Shown: positions 47,111 through 60,919 of the stretch, in pieces | How positions within the stretch are numbered: position 1 is the first letter of the stretch | Layout of the letters: every line of letters starts with the position of its first letter | From: Massalongia carnosa | Taxonomy: Eukaryota | Direction: 5' to 3' | Assembly: GCA_965645245.1 (NCBI GenBank) | Contig: OZ287078.1 | Location: 992,001 to 1,056,000 of the forward strand | DNA: 64,000 nucleotides | The notes under the pieces: generated by a model | Databases searched by the model: none | What the model saw: the letters and a program-made list of their open reading frames with translations, nothing else | Told to the model about the DNA's origin: nothing | Program-made: the position numbers and the translations under genes

Positions 47111-49076
47111 ATGGTAGGACTGCGCCATACTTGAAACATCTCTAATTCCTTCTGACTGTTTTTATTTTCAGTGAAGATACGGTCTTATCTATTTGAGATT
47201 AGTTCACTGACTGACAAAATCTAGTCTGGTAACTTCGACTTCCCCCCAGCCACGGTTACCGGAGATTCAACTCCAATAACCCCTCTCGAAGAAGACTCTC
47301 GTATTCACGATCTTGTTCGAGACGTGATTCGACGACGACGTATCCAAAGACAAATTATTATGGATAGACAGGACTCCTCTCGTTCGACCGAAGGGCTCCG
47401 AACACATTGGATCAGAGAAGCATCCATACAAGAGGAGATACACCGTCGTAGCGCAGCTCGAGAATCTCAAGCATCTGGTGGTTCAGTACCGGAGATGCAA
47501 GCTCCGACCTCTGCAATCAGGTCTCGTCCTCAGGCTATGCCAGCTGAGCGCTATGTACGCGCTCATCGCACACGCCGTCACGAGAGACCCACCTTCGCGG
47601 GGAATGCCAGCACTATCCAACAGGCAGTTGAGCGTCTAAACGAGGCTAGCACAAGCCTTAGCTCGCTACTTGACCAGCCTATGCCTCGTGTAGGTCCTTC
47701 AAGTGCTTCTACTAGACCTTCTGGGGAGACTGAGGTTAATCGAAGGAGGGCGAAACGCCGAAAGCTGGATGGTGGGTCTTATCCTTCAGATTCCAAGTCT
47801 TTCAGCTATGGATATCGTGGTCAAGTCGTTTCTGGGCCTCTGAAAATGGAGATTGTCAGTTGTGATGGAGGACTTCACCCCGATTCGCAGGACGGTAATG
47901 GATATGTACCTGACAATTTGCTGCGGAATGACAAGAGCGTTTACTGCACCGATAGTAGCAAATGCAACATTATAATGTGCCATCAAGGGGAGACTGCGTT
48001 CTGCTTGCAGAAAATCATCATCAAGGCTCCGGAAAGGGGTTTCACAGCGCCGTATGACTCCGAATCATCTTGGAACGAACTTTTCGTTGCTATTACCGCT
48101 AATATCATGTCGCAGTATCCAAGAAGGCTTGATATTCGTCTCTATGAAGTCGAATGATCTCCTTGCGCAAACAAGCCAGTACCGAATTCGAGAAGCTTCA
48201 CCGCGTTCCCCAGATAATCCCATACACAGTGGAGTTTCTCTAAGGTCGTACACCATGCCTGGGCAGGTGATCGAGACTCGGCCCCCATCTCGTCGAATAA
48301 ATGATGCTGGGGAACGAACTATACCCCCTCCCATCTCCAATGTAGCTGCCTATACGAACACCCCCCGACCGCCCCCATCGCCTCAACCTCCCACCGCCAC
48401 ACTCACTCCTCAATACGCCCACCTTATGCATGGCGATGATTCGTCCCCCTCGCGTTGGATCAGCAACATAGCAAACCCTCTTACCTTCACCGTAACCACC
48501 GACTGCTCTGATCACTCTGGCGAAGAAGAGGAGGAATCCAGCGCAGCCACAATTGAAGATCGGAACCGTCGTGATCGCATGCCTCCAATTCTAGATTCCT
48601 CCTCGGACAGTACTGAGGATGGAGACGCAAGTCGGTGGGCTAGACCCCAGACTCGAGGTGCCCCTCGTCACCGTAGAAGCAGACGTAGGGCTATCCCAAG
48701 TCGGGTGGAAGTTGCAGCAAGGACCGCTGCTGACGACGTCCGAGATGGCACTGAGGGACAACCTCCAGCCGAGATCTTGGCGCCCCATGCAAAATTCTTC
48801 ATCGAGAAGGACAAAAGCATGGTTAGCATTAAGTTCAATCCTCCCATGTAAGTTTTCCACTACGCCACTCAATCTCTTTTGTGTAAATTTTATCGTTTCA
48901 CACATCCTTCTTATGTTTTCTCAACTGTTAATACTCTTCCATAAAAAAACAGTTCCGGAAGATTTATCCTCTTGAAGCTATGGAGCCCGGCCAAGGAGCA
49001 GAATATCGATATACAGAACATTGCCGTGCACGGATTCGCTGGACTCAGGTTTTTCCCTGCCGCGGACATTTTATGA
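47111..49076 (+). CDS. Hypothetical protein with a split beta-rich domain and a basic NLS-like motif
   Basis: ATG-only first exon at 47111 (intron 47114-47224). Blocks GPLKMEIVSCDGG, DKSVYCT..CNII, IIIKAPERGFTAP/IQEGLIFVSM and FNPP/ISGRFILLKLW..NIDIQ..GFAGLRFFP; RRRAKRRKL. Confidence 0.82.
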
Positions 49077-50607
49077 GAGATCAGTTCTCTCCGTAAGATG
49101 TGGCGTGATGATTAGAGAGCAGAGTCTATGGGAAGAGCATCTTGCTGGCTGAGAACTAGCCCTTCCGTGAAGCATACATATATTGGGATTATTGGTTAGA
49201 AAAGGTTATTGTTAGCGCGCATGCGTTATATATGGATAGGGCGGGAGACTCAAAATGCATTTGGCGAGCTAAGGGGGGTTTGCGTGTTTGGAACAGGGTT
49301 TCAAGGGGATAGGAATGGTATTTAACTCAGGGGTTTTTTGCTGGAGAAAGGATGGAAACAAAGGTACATTACTTATGGGCAGAGAACCTGGCGGGGCCTT
49401 TTTACATAGGTCTATCACCAGTAGCCTGTGGACTCGCCAGGGGGGGAAGGAGAGGGGGGGGAAGTACATACTTACTCTACCGCTGCAAGCAATTCTTCCT
49501 CTGGGTGGATCAAATCCGGCTGTTCTGTTTTGTTCTTTTTATGACGAGCCGAATAGTAGCTATCTGTACCCTGGATTGTTATTTCTAGGATGTCTCAAAC
49601 TCTGCATAGGTAGGTAGGTAGCCTAACCCACTCTGTTGAATATTCAACTCCTACCAGTACAGTGAACACCTACCAGTTCAATGAACATAGCACCTACGAC
49701 TGCCCAAGATGGACAGAGCACCTACAGAAACCGTATTAGGCTTAGCCTAGAGATTAGATAAGATCGGCTCGGATAATCTTATCATCTCGCTTAGCAGAGG
49801 GTGACCAGTTATGGGACAAAGACTGCTGAACAGCACTCTTCATCCTTAACATCACGGTCATACATACCATTTTTATCATAGCCATATAGCCATGGTCATA
49901 TACCTATTTCAACACACTCATACCTTTCTTCATCACCAGATCTCAGCTAGCTAGTCAGGGTTTACAGCCAAGCACGGTAGCTCACAGAAAACCCGTTCTT
50001 GATTTAGAAACTAATCGTTTGGTTAAAAGTATAGGTAATGAAAGAAAAGCAACCCGCAGAATAAAGTAGGTAGGTAGGTGGGTGGGTAACCTCCAACCCC
50101 TTTCCTATCCTGTCTATACCAGGCGGCCTACCTACCTATTCCCACCCTGTCCCTAGTGCTAACCAACCATCCAACCGAGTAGCCAAGCATTCAAGCGCGC
50201 AAGTGTTGGTATCCTGATTCGCCATTTAAAAATCGCAAACAAAAGAAAAACAAATAAGGCCTCCCTACTTGCACTCTTTACAATAAAGAGATTGGCTGGA
50301 AGGTGATTTGTGGATCAGAAAAAGTAAAATAAAGTGTAGTCCTGGTAATCGCGGAAAATGATGAGAAGGTATGAGAACTTCGGTGAAGAAACAGCACGTC
50401 ACCTGACTGGTGGAGAAGAAGTTACATGAACTTTTCCCGACCATTTTGGTTTTCATTACCATATCCTGCCAGCCTGATTTCGTTTCAAATGTGCTAATCG
50501 TAAGAGTTTCGTAAACCAGCCAGCCTCCAGATGCAGATCTTGGCAAACGTGGAAATCGTAGACAGGCAGTGAGTAAGATGAATGTAGAAAAACAGGGCCG
50601 GAGGCTC

Positions 50608-53422
50608 TTAGCAAACGATCACGTCCGCAGGATCGGAACTTCCGTTAATGCCGCCAGCGACAAAGCCACCGTATTTCGCCATGCTAAGATCTTCATCTTC
50701 AAGCCCCATGCCGATTCCGCTATCGTCGTGAGTCTGCATTTCATGCATCTCCACAACTCGTGAGATTGCAGCAGCGTGGTCTTCGGGTACGACGTGGGTG
50801 CTGCTCGCCTGGCGGTGTTCGGCATGTTGAAGTTGGGAGTGGGAGATACCAAGACCAATATTATCTTCTTGGTATCCCGATTTGGATGGATTATCATTTG
50901 ACTGAAACGCTGCATGTCGAGAAGCAGGAGATTCGCGCTTCAGCCTGCTATCGATGTTACTAGGAGCGAGGCCTTCGGGGTGCTTAAACGGTTGATTTGA
51001 GACGCTTGCCGTCCGACTGTGTTCGCGGTGATAATTACTCCCCACGTCAACACTTCCAAAGCGACTTTGGGGGTCGATGCTTTCGCTAACAGCGGTCCTG
51101 GGTCTTGAGCCTCCAAGTATGTCACTTCCCTCATCCATTGCAAACTCGTTTTCAGAGAAGAAATCGGGTTTGCCTCTCATCTTCATGCTCTTGGGGGAGC
51201 CTTCCATGAACCCGCCCTTTTCGGCTAGCCACTGCAGCATCTCATCAACCCAGACCTTAGTGACCCACCAAGAACCAAAACTCAGCGCTTGGGCCATGGT
51301 AATATCGCGAAGAGCAGCCGAGCCAATTTCCCCAACACAGTGTAGTAAAAGGCGAGCATTAGCACCGGGGAACCGTGAAGGAAGGCTTTCTAAGAAATTG
51401 GTCCAGCGATCAAGAACACCTTCGGTGGAGCTATCATCCGTTTCGGGGTGGGCATGTTGAGACATATTTGTAGTTGCGTGTCCGCCAGCGTTTGCGAATA
51501 TTTGATCCATACCCATGTATGTGGTGGTGCTGAGAGGGCCAAGGAGATCACGGATTTCGGTTGATAGGATATGAAGTACACGGGTATAGCCGCAGCCTGG
51601 GAGACCACTTTCGACAACTCTGATTGGCTTTACATACATGACCCAGTCGTGCCACATTTGGTCACGGTTGGCGTCGTTCGTAAGCATATTCGCTGCCGCA
51701 TGAGCCGTGGCATTGACCCGAAGGAGACGATCGAGTAAACCAGCAAATATGACGGCTGGGCCTAGTTTTGCATCTCGAACATGTTGAGGGAGATTCTGGA
51801 AGGTATTGCTTATATGAGTTACTAGCTTGGTGGAAATGGCACGGAAAGTATCAATGACCCGAACAGGCACTACCTGAAGCGCAAGGGGAGCCACAAATCG
51901 AATCATTCTTTGATACATGAGCCAGTCGCATTCCTTTATCCAAGGAACAATAGCAGGATCAGCAAGAAGCTTTTGAGATGGTACAGTCAAAGTTCCATGA
52001 AAGGAAGTAAAATGATACCATAGCATTTTCTCTTTGCAAAACCGGAAACAATCTATGACTGAGATGCAGTGAGAACGGTATAAAGCTGTCAAGGAATTCG
52101 CAGAGTCAACATCTGTTCCTACTGGTAGGTACTTGGTTATGTTGGGCAAAGTGATTGGATCATCTTCATGATAGGACATCTCATCCTTGATTGAAAACTT
52201 GAGTTCTCGTTGGACCATGTTCGAGGACGATGGGCCTTGATGAATATTCTTTGCAGCAGGATCAAGATATAGATGCCCTGGAGCCATGGTATTGGGTAGA
52301 TTTGAGCCGAAGGAGTTTGAAGGGTAGGAAATGTTAGGAGAAGGAAAGACAGCAGTATCGACAGGAATTTGTGAATGTTGTCTGTAGTTTCAATTTAGTA
52401 TGTTTTTTTGCCTCCTTGCCAAAGATGGCTCACGCGCTATTAGAAATTGACGCGCTCATTGTGACTTACCTTCGAAAAACTGGCCTTTCTGTTATCTCAC
52501 CAATCTCAACGCCTAACGGATTCCTGTAGCCACCGATTGTTTCTTGTTGATCCTCTATTAAAGAAAGGTCTACATAATGATACTTGGATTCTCCACGCAT
52601 TCCTAGTCTCCGTGTCTGAATTCCAGGGAATATAATTCGTACAAGTTTTCCAAATGAAGCTGGATTCAGGGGTGGTACTCGTTCCGTGCCGCATCTTGTG
52701 GCATAATGGGAGAACACACGATTTCGAGGCACCGAGCTACTGCTCTTTTTACATACCGCAAAAAGCCTAATGACGTTTAGCCAATTAATATATTGACCCA
52801 TCTAGGATTGATATTACCATAGCATTGCAAATATCTGTTTGGTCTTTTCTGATTTCGGCCCTCGTTCATTAGCAAGAACTTGAGCAGCCACATCTTTTAA
52901 CAGACGGCCTTGGTTTTCTCGAAATAGCCTTCGGAGCTCCAAGTCATTTGCAATACTCGAAGCCGATCCTTTCTTCTTTCTGCCTTCTCCAGTCCCCGTG
53001 TCGTCTTGTGCCTGTTCTTCATTGACATTCTCCAGTGGCTGATTCTCCTTTCCATCATTTAAATGATAGGGGTTGGTCAAGGACCTTGCTGCAGATGGAT
53101 CACCGCTAAAATTATAATCCACGGTGAGAGCTCGTTCCCGGTTTACCTGGTCATGTAGCGATGGGTCTATGGCAAAGCTCTGGTTGGGGTTTATTAACTG
53201 CTGCTCAGAACGTGTGATCATCTCTTCCGGTGTATAAGATAGTGACGGAGTGTGTGCGTCTCGTGAGGGAAACGATTGTAAGGCCGCTGGGGTTGACTGG
53301 TACGACTGCATTGGTTGAGTGCTGGCAGAATGCGCGCTTGCGGTCGATGCGCGCGATTTCGGCCTTCGACTATTACTTGAGCCAGATGTATTAGACCGTG
53401 GTCTAGGACCTTGCGAAGCCAT
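50608..53422 (-). CDS. RFX1: RFX winged-helix transcription factor (CPCR1/RfxA/Sak1-like)
   Basis: KQIFAMLW/L..SVPRNRVFSHY..LNPASFGKLVRIIFPGIQTRRLGMRGESKYHY (RFX DNA-binding domain); C-terminal LRDITMAQALSFGSWW dimerisation region. Confidence 0.92.
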
Positions 53423-53755
53423 TCCAAGAGCTCAAAGGTGTGCCTTGTGATCCTGAAGCGGTGTTGGTTAGCCGTGCCAGGATATCTAATCACCAGGTCA
53501 ACAGACAGTGCATTGAATAGACTCACTATTAATACGAAGTCGATAAATTATCACCGATCCAAGTCTGATCCAAAATTTAGAGTCGCTGCCCGTTAGTTAT
53601 ATCCTAGAAACCCCTCTCAATCCTAGGGAATCAAAACATTGACTTTGGCAACAAGTCTGACTGAGATGAAGGAAACAGGTGGACCGCAAGAATTGGCCCT
53701 GTTGACCAAATCAAGGAGGTCGATACACTGAATTTGAACAGTCTCGAGTCAGTTG

Positions 53756-53797
53756 TGTCTCTTTAGACTTTTTTCCTGTCTCTTTAGACTTTTTCCC
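53756..53797. repeat. 21-bp tandem duplication in the RFX/YOP1 divergent promoter
   Basis: TGTCTCTTTAGACTTTTTTCC followed by TGTCTCTTTAGACTTTTTCCC. Confidence 0.85.
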
Positions 53798-54092
53798 TCG
53801 CAATCTGTCGACACTTCCTGTCGTTCGTAATGTCGTCGATCTTCGATGTAAACAATGATGGGTGAGGTTGCCAGGACAAAAAGGCCGCTAAAGAACTAAC
53901 ACCGTGCTTTGCTTATGTAATAAACCTGTTCTAGTGACGCAAGGCGCAAGACCTCCCCAACCCATTTTCTTTTCCTCTACGTTAGACATTCTCCACCACA
54001 CTCGAAGCTGTTACTTAACGTAACTCCCAGATTTATTTCACTTATCGAGAACTTGAACCTCGCAGCGCCTATAAAGCCCCCACACTGTCAAC

Positions 54093-54991
54093 ATGTCATT
54101 CCAAGACCGCACGCAACATCAAATTGGCCAGATTGATAAGGAGGTCTGTAATGCCAACATCCTAATCCTAGTTGTCGCATCAATGCACCAAAAATTTCGC
54201 TGTATTACTGTCGTGCGCCCCTTCTGTGGTTACAATATTTACTGATTTCAATCGCGCATTACTATGCACAGCTATCCAAGTATCCTTTGCTCAACAACTT
54301 CGAGAAGCAAACCTCCGTACCGAAAGTTTACGCTTTCCTTGGCCTTGTTGGAATATATTTCTTCCTGATCTTCTTCAACATTGCTGGCGAGTTCCTCGTC
54401 AACTTCGCCGGATTTCTAGTCCCGGGATACTATTCTCTAGATGCATTGTTTAGCGCAAGTAAAGTTGATGATACTCAAGTAAGTCTTTGTCCGGATCTCG
54501 TAGCATGTTATTCAAAAAGCCTTATTGTGCACTATGTTGTGGGTAAATGGCTGACTTTCCCTAAGTGGTTGACTGTAAGTGGCGCACGGTTGAATTATCA
54601 GGTAACATTGACACCTACATCTGCTGAAAACATCAGTATTGGGTTGTATATGCCTTCTTAACGGTTTTCGAGAGTGCTGTGAACGCTGTATACTGGTTCC
54701 GTACGTGTTGATAGAGTTTTAACCCGTCTTTGATGCTGATCCATACTAGCATTCTATTATACGTTCAAGTTTGTTCTGGTCTTGTGGATGGCTCTACCTC
54801 AGACTGGGTATGTCCAATATATTCAATATTCCAGCTATAGCATACTTACGTAGCCCCTAAACAGTGGTGCTCAAATGGTCTTTCGCTCCTTTATTCACCC
54901 GGTTTTCTCGCGCTACTTCTCTCAGACCGGGTCAACGGCTGCCAATCTTCGCTCCCAAGTTGATCAAGCTACCAAGCCTCATGTTCATTAG
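54093..54991 (+). CDS. YOP1: ER tubule-shaping protein Yop1 (DP1/REEP family)
   Basis: MSFQDRTQHQIGQIDKE/LSKYPLLNNFEKQTSVPKVY..PGYYSLDAL..DDTQ/WLT/YWVVYAFLTVFES..WFP/FYYTFKFVLVLWMALPQTG/GAQ. Confidence 0.95.
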
Positions 54992-55446
54992 GCGGATCAT
55001 AGCAATATCTAAAAGATGATTTCGAAGCTATTATCTATGGCTTAGAAGTTTTCATGCTGGTACATTCATTAATTCAGGGAAGGGTTATGAATACGAAGGA
55101 AGGATCGTTCTTTTGGAACGCTCGGTGTATGTCTGGGTGATTGCGTTCTGCCTCGTACGGATGATGGAACCGGTTAGATCAGACACTTTCCTCAAGAGGA
55201 ATTGCTTGTTTTTGTACTATACAACCCAAGCAGCACGGAATGCTTGTCAACTTATGATGGGGCGGAATGATTTGGCTGATGAGAGGGGTCTTTACGCAGA
55301 ATCCGCTCATACTTGTGCTTATTTCTGCATTGGAACTAAAAATAGGTATCCTCGTAACACGTATCCTCCCTGGTGCATGTTCACTGGCCACCTGGGGCAG
55401 CTCAGCCCAAGCCCATTATCTGCAATCTTTCAGAAGGGTTCTAGCA

Positions 55447-56169
55447 TCAAAAGATTCCGATGCTCTTACCCCAGCCCTCCAGTCGTGGGTTGAGCTCGAT
55501 TTGATACGGAAAGGGATTCGTCTCGCTGGTCGTGATCGGTGGTATATGCTCTTTGTCTTTGTTCACAATTGTAACAATCTTCAGAGCCGTTCGGTGTAGT
55601 GTCGTTCCCATTGCTTTTGCCACCTTTGTGCGCTCTGTACTGTCCTTAGCTACTTCCCTATCCTGGCCACTTAAAGTAGGCAAGGAAGGCAACATACCAG
55701 CCTCAGTTCGGGGTGTCGCAATGGTCACTTCCAAGCACCATATCTCCCAACAAACTTCCTCCTCGGTCTTCCCCGCACCTGTAAACCATCCTAATCCCCC
55801 TCCTTTCCTCCGTCGCTTCTCAAAAAAATGAACAGCCAGCTGACCGCGAACGCTGCTTTTGGCGGAAGAGGTGGATGAAAGCTGACGGATCAGTTGACCA
55901 ACCCGGGTATCGATCAGAGTTTCGAGTTGCGGGTCTGCAACGAAAGGCAAGGTGAGGTCTAAAACTTCAATGGTGGCTGGACGGAGTGAGGGAAAGTAGC
56001 GATGAAAGAAGATCGTATGGAGGATGCCTGCGCACGTTAGCGGGCTTTGATAGGTTTCCGAATTTCAGGTACTCGGGCAGGCACCTCGGACGATATCTTT
56101 CACGCAGGCGGGGTCGGCGAACACTTCAAGGATAAATTCCGGAGGCCCCAGGCTTCGTCGCTGCTCCAT
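55447..56169 (-). CDS. ATG101: Autophagy-related protein 101
   Basis: PPEFILEVFADPACVKDIVR/GILHTIFFHRYF, GQLAVHFFEKRRRK..WF..EEVCWEIW, KEHIPPITTSETNPFPYQI. Confidence 0.92.
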
Positions 56170-56641
56170 GCTAGGAGGGGAAGATCTTATGCGAAGCAGC
56201 AAGCCGGTGCGCTGAACGTAGGAGGCATCATGCTTTTCTTGTTCTTTTGATTATTGGTTATTGATCATCGAGGGATTTGCGCGCCCTTAGCACGCCGGAG
56301 TAGTGAATCGCTCATCTCGCATCTAATAATGGGTCCCAAAAGGCCAGGGTGGACGGAAAGAGAAATGTGGAAGTGTTTATGCCTGCCCCGCTCTTGACCC
56401 GTTAAGGATTAGCAGATAGGTCGGTCCAGCCACCTTCAGTGGCATGTATTGCGCCATCATCCTCGCCTAACTGTACAAGGGTACTCTGTACCCCTCCACT
56501 CCTCCGTAGTACCTATAACGTATATACCCGGTCATTCAGACAGAATTGATGGTCGCGTTACCATATCTCATTATATCATCTGATTGCCCAGTCAAGTGCC
56601 TATTAGTCTAATCATCTGCCTCGAGTTTCAACCCAAATAAA

Positions 56642-58524
56642 ATGATAACAGCTACAAGGAATTGGCTAAGGCGAAATCGCGCTAACTTTGCCATCGGTAT
56701 TGGAGTGCTCGGTGTTGGATATGTTGCTGGTCAATATGTCTTTTCCAAGGTTACCGAGGCTGGGGAACGCATGAGCAGTGACAGGACAGCAAAGGAGAAG
56801 TACGTTTTCAACGGGCGAGGCCTCTTGTATGATTGAGCTGATAACGATGAGTTTGCGCCGGCGATTTCAACAAAATCAGGAGGACTGTACCATTACCGTG
56901 CTTGCCCTCCTCCCAACCGCAACAGAAAACATTGCGGAAGCACTGCCGGTGGAGAGCATTACACATGAGCTGCAGCAGAAAAAAGCTGCGAAACTTGGAA
57001 GAAGTGCAGATACAGGGGAGACGGTGCCATCAGAACTTTCGTCAGGTCCTCCGAGCGTTGCGGACGAGGATGGAAAGAGCCTTGCGAGCTTCCAAAGCGA
57101 AAGCTACGTCCATGCAAGTCAATCGGGAGCATCCATATTTGGAAAGTCGGATCCAGGCCTACGTCTCCCTGCTAAGAGCAAAGTACAACTCTGGAATGAG
57201 CTTAAAATCAATTGTGGGTTTTCATGTTGTGACAGGACACACTCACCTGCTGACAGCGCTTAGCCATCACGAGAGCTTTCACACTTCTATACACCCTATG
57301 TCTCCTAACGCTTTTGACTCGCATACAACTCAACCTTTTAGGGCGGCGAAACTACCTCTCGAGCGTTGTCTCATCAGCGTCACACCCGCTAGGCCCCACC
57401 ATAAGTTTAGAAAACAACGATGATGATAATGACGAACAGTCATATGGCAATGACTTTGAGACAAACCGTAAATTCCTTACCTTCAGCTGGTGGCTTCTCA
57501 ATCAAGGCTGGAGGGACATAATGGAGATAGTACGAGCGGCTGTGCAGGAGGTGTTCGGGCCCTTGGATCCAAGAGAAGATATCCAGATTGAGAGACTATC
57601 ATCCCTATTCCTCGACGTGCGAAGAAAAGTTGAAGGCGCTACCCCGCAAGAACGAAAGTAAGGTTCTGCTCATTTCTATTCCTCTTGTCCCACAAACTAA
57701 TGTTCATGTTACGCAGAGCCAAAAAATGGCTCCCATACCTCCTCCCTCATCCCGACCAAGAAGATGCTGTTCTCCGTGAATCCGGCGTGTCCACCCCTCC
57801 CCGAACCCCCGCAAACCCTCCATCTACAATTCCTTCTCCTCCTTCCTCCCCCTCCCCCATCCAACAAACTACGGCGCCACCCCTCCGCCGCCTCCTCGAC
57901 GAAACAGCCGACCTCATCGACTCGCCTCCTTTCTCGCAAATTCTCACCCTCCTCCTCGACGCCACCTTCTCCTGTCTCACCGACCGAAACCTGCGCGCGC
58001 AAGCCTTTAAGCGGCCCCTTTCTCCATTTTCCCGCATCCAAGAGCTTCCACCCTCCTCGTCCTTGCGAATCTCCTCCAGCGCGCTTCCAACCACAACAAC
58101 CATCACCACCACCACTGCAACAATTATTGATCAGGTTAATAAGGTCGAATACCACGATACGGACGCATACCCAAAGGCCAAACTCGCCACCATTCTTGCC
58201 GTTGTGACACGGCAGGCGCATGTCATTGGCAACGGCGTATCAAACGAGTATGTACAGGCCATGGAGGAGATCAGGGATCTGGAGGCCTTTGCCGCAGTGG
58301 TGTATAGTAGTCCGTCCGAGCTTGAGGGGGTGAACGCTATTGTGGGCGGAACTGGTAAGGAGGGCCTTGGGATCGGAACTGGAACTAGGGGTGATGCTTC
58401 CGGAGATGAGGGTTTGAAGAAAATGGGGGGTGCTAGTGGCGCTGGCGCTGGCGGCGGCGGTGTGGTGGATAAAGCAACGGGGGTATTTGAAAATGTATGG
58501 GGTCGCGTGGTACGAAGGGGTTGA
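56642..58524 (+). CDS. PEX3: Peroxisomal membrane biogenesis factor Pex3
   Basis: N-terminal WLRRNR plus TM segment, LRRRFQQNQEDCTITVLALLP, KVQLWNELKI, LLTRIQLNLLGRRNYL, FLTFSWWLLNQGW, LLDETADLIDS, LEAFAAVVY. Confidence 0.95.
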
Positions 58525-59126
58525 GCGTCTGATGGGTGCAGCATGTGCGATACCTAACCGCGGTTACTTTCTTGTTCTCTTTCTGTGAGGATGTATAGGT
58601 AGGTAGGTAGGTATAGGTGAAGAGGCGCTTTTCTATTTCTTGAGTTTTCTTTATCTTCTCCCCTCCGCCCCTCCCTCCCCCTAGTTTAGTTAATCAACCA
58701 ACTAGCTAGCCGGGATCGGTCGAAAGATAGGTAGATGGGTGAATATATAGGTAGATAGACAGATGGGAAGTGATCTTCCTCTTTCTATTTTATTTACTTT
58801 GGGGGGACTTTTTGGGATTGGGGCTAAATGGCTGGTATTTAAGGGGGGGGGGGAGAAGGGGATGAGGAATTAAATTGAGTTGATTTGAATTACTCGATGG
58901 GGCAAACTGAAGATGGGTGGGTGGGTAGGTGGATAGGTAAAGTTATAAGAGTCAGTAGAAAGGGGGGTCGCTCGCAACTGGTTTCCTGCGGTGCAAAGAG
59001 GCAGGGAATGGGAAATGCCTGGGAGAATCAGAAAGGCTTTTAGCTGCAGTCATCGTGGTGTGAGTGACACATTAGGGATATATCATTCCTATTTCCATCC
59101 ACCCATTCATCCGTCTCCGAACTAAC

Positions 59127-60919
59127 TCACTCCCTCTTTACCCCCTTCCCCCTTTCCTTCTCTCTTCCTTTCTCCCCAAGCCCCTGCACCAGCTTTCCCA
59201 CCACCCACGAAAACCCTAAAACCACAGCCGTCACGGTGCCCCACACGATCCAGCCCTCCCACCCAGCCTGCAGAACAGGCACCCGCAGGCTCTCCACCAG
59301 CGCCCCATCCCTCCCCGCCGAAGAAGCAGCAGCAACATCTGGCTGCAGATGAAAGAACATGGTGCGCGGGCCGAATAGGCTTTCGTAGCCCACGTTCACG
59401 CGATCGAAGGGGCTGGTGGCCATTTTCGTACCGTCGTCCGTGGGGCAGGCCCAGAAGACGGGAGGCCAAGGGACCGAGATAAGGGAAGTGCCATTGGGGG
59501 AAGGAGGAAGATAGCGCAGATGGAGGGGAATAGATGCGTGCCAGGGAGTAGAGTTGGCCACTGAGGGTGGTTTCTTACCTACGGCAGATGCCGCTATAAG
59601 GGGAGGAGGAGCGAGTTCGAGCAGCATCGCGGATCCCCATTTCACGACGACCCAATCCGGGGCTTCGAGGTCGGTTTCACCGGATAAGGAGTGCATGGCG
59701 CGCAGGTTCTTGGAGGCGAGAAGGAGTGGGGCGGAGAGTTGATATTTGTCTGGAAAGAAGGGGGAGGGAAGGACGAGGTATGTGTGCAGGGCACATGCGG
59801 CGAGTGGAGGCTGCAAGGCGCTTGTGGGAAAGGTTAGACGGAGGATGGGATGGAGGCCTGTGGGGCCCGGGAAAGTGGCATGATACGTTGTTCCAGAGGT
59901 TGCGGGGGGCACATGATGGCGGGAAGGGAAAGAGAAGCGGGTTGGAGCTGAGGGTGGATTATTAACAAAAGGGAAGAGAGTCTGGATGGTAGAAGGTGAG
60001 ATACGCACTCAGCTTGGTGCTTTCGCCGAGAACCGTCAGAAAACCTCCAAAGGAAAGTTCCTCTGGTTCAGTAGCTTTTTCGCTGGCAAGGACACCAATT
60101 TCGGTTTTGGCCGAACCTGCTGATATTCGAAGCTGTGTGTCCCACGTACCCGGGGGTGAAGACTTGTGCCTCAAGGTTGTGAGGATTAGGGATTGTGATA
60201 TCGCGTCGTAATCCAAGTCAAGGTAGTCCACGGAGCTGAGGCTTGATGCCTTGGCTAGGCATGTCTCGTCCGACGAAGAACATATCTTCAATTGAATATA
60301 TGTTATAAAGTCCTTTAGTGATGGAAGCAGACTGTAGTACTGTAGGGCTGCAGAGGAGGTAAACCGATCGGATATTACCGACAGGCTGGTAAATGTTTCC
60401 TGGGCGACTCAGTGAGTACGTTGTTGATTAAAGCTTTCGAAGATAGAAACCAACAGACCTCTGGTAAAGAGCATTTTAGATCGGCCCCAAAAGTCTTAAG
60501 CAGAAGAGGGCAAAGAAGGTCACTTCGAGTATTCAGCATAGCCCGCTTCATATGCGGTGGAAGACATCCTTACATACGCCGAGCGGTTCCTTTGCGGAGT
60601 GAAGAAGACCTGCAACCCTGGGGGAGTTCGAGACACAAATGGAGCAATTGACAAATATGGCTTTGAACAGGTCCATCGTACATGTATCTCGTGAGACTGC
60701 TTCAAAACCCGCCATAACTACTTGAATTAGAGGTCATGCCGATGCATCGGGGAATAGGAGCATGGGCACCTCCTGAGGGAGCTCATACAAGCCAAAAGTC
60801 AAGCGGTCTTCCCTCGATGCCTTCAATGAGGATACATATAGCGTATCGTTATCCAGCCTTAACTGTTTTGGATCGAAAGCATCGTCAGGGAGATGGACAA
60901 AAGTGATGCGTTCTCGCAT
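59127..60919 (-). CDS. PBN1: GPI mannosyltransferase I regulatory subunit Pbn1 (PIG-X)
   Basis: MRERITFVH, REDRLTF..ELPQE, PPGLQVFF, PTGLHPIL, LPSPFFPDKYQL, GETDLEAP, PLHLRYL, PWPPVFWAC, single C-terminal TM segment; multi-exon. Confidence 0.9.

Noticed and set aside
55635..55697. Stop-free in-frame short introns in ATG101 (and EPL1, about 22586-22648)
   Set aside because: Introns of about 63 nt are often open by chance; splice signals are canonical.
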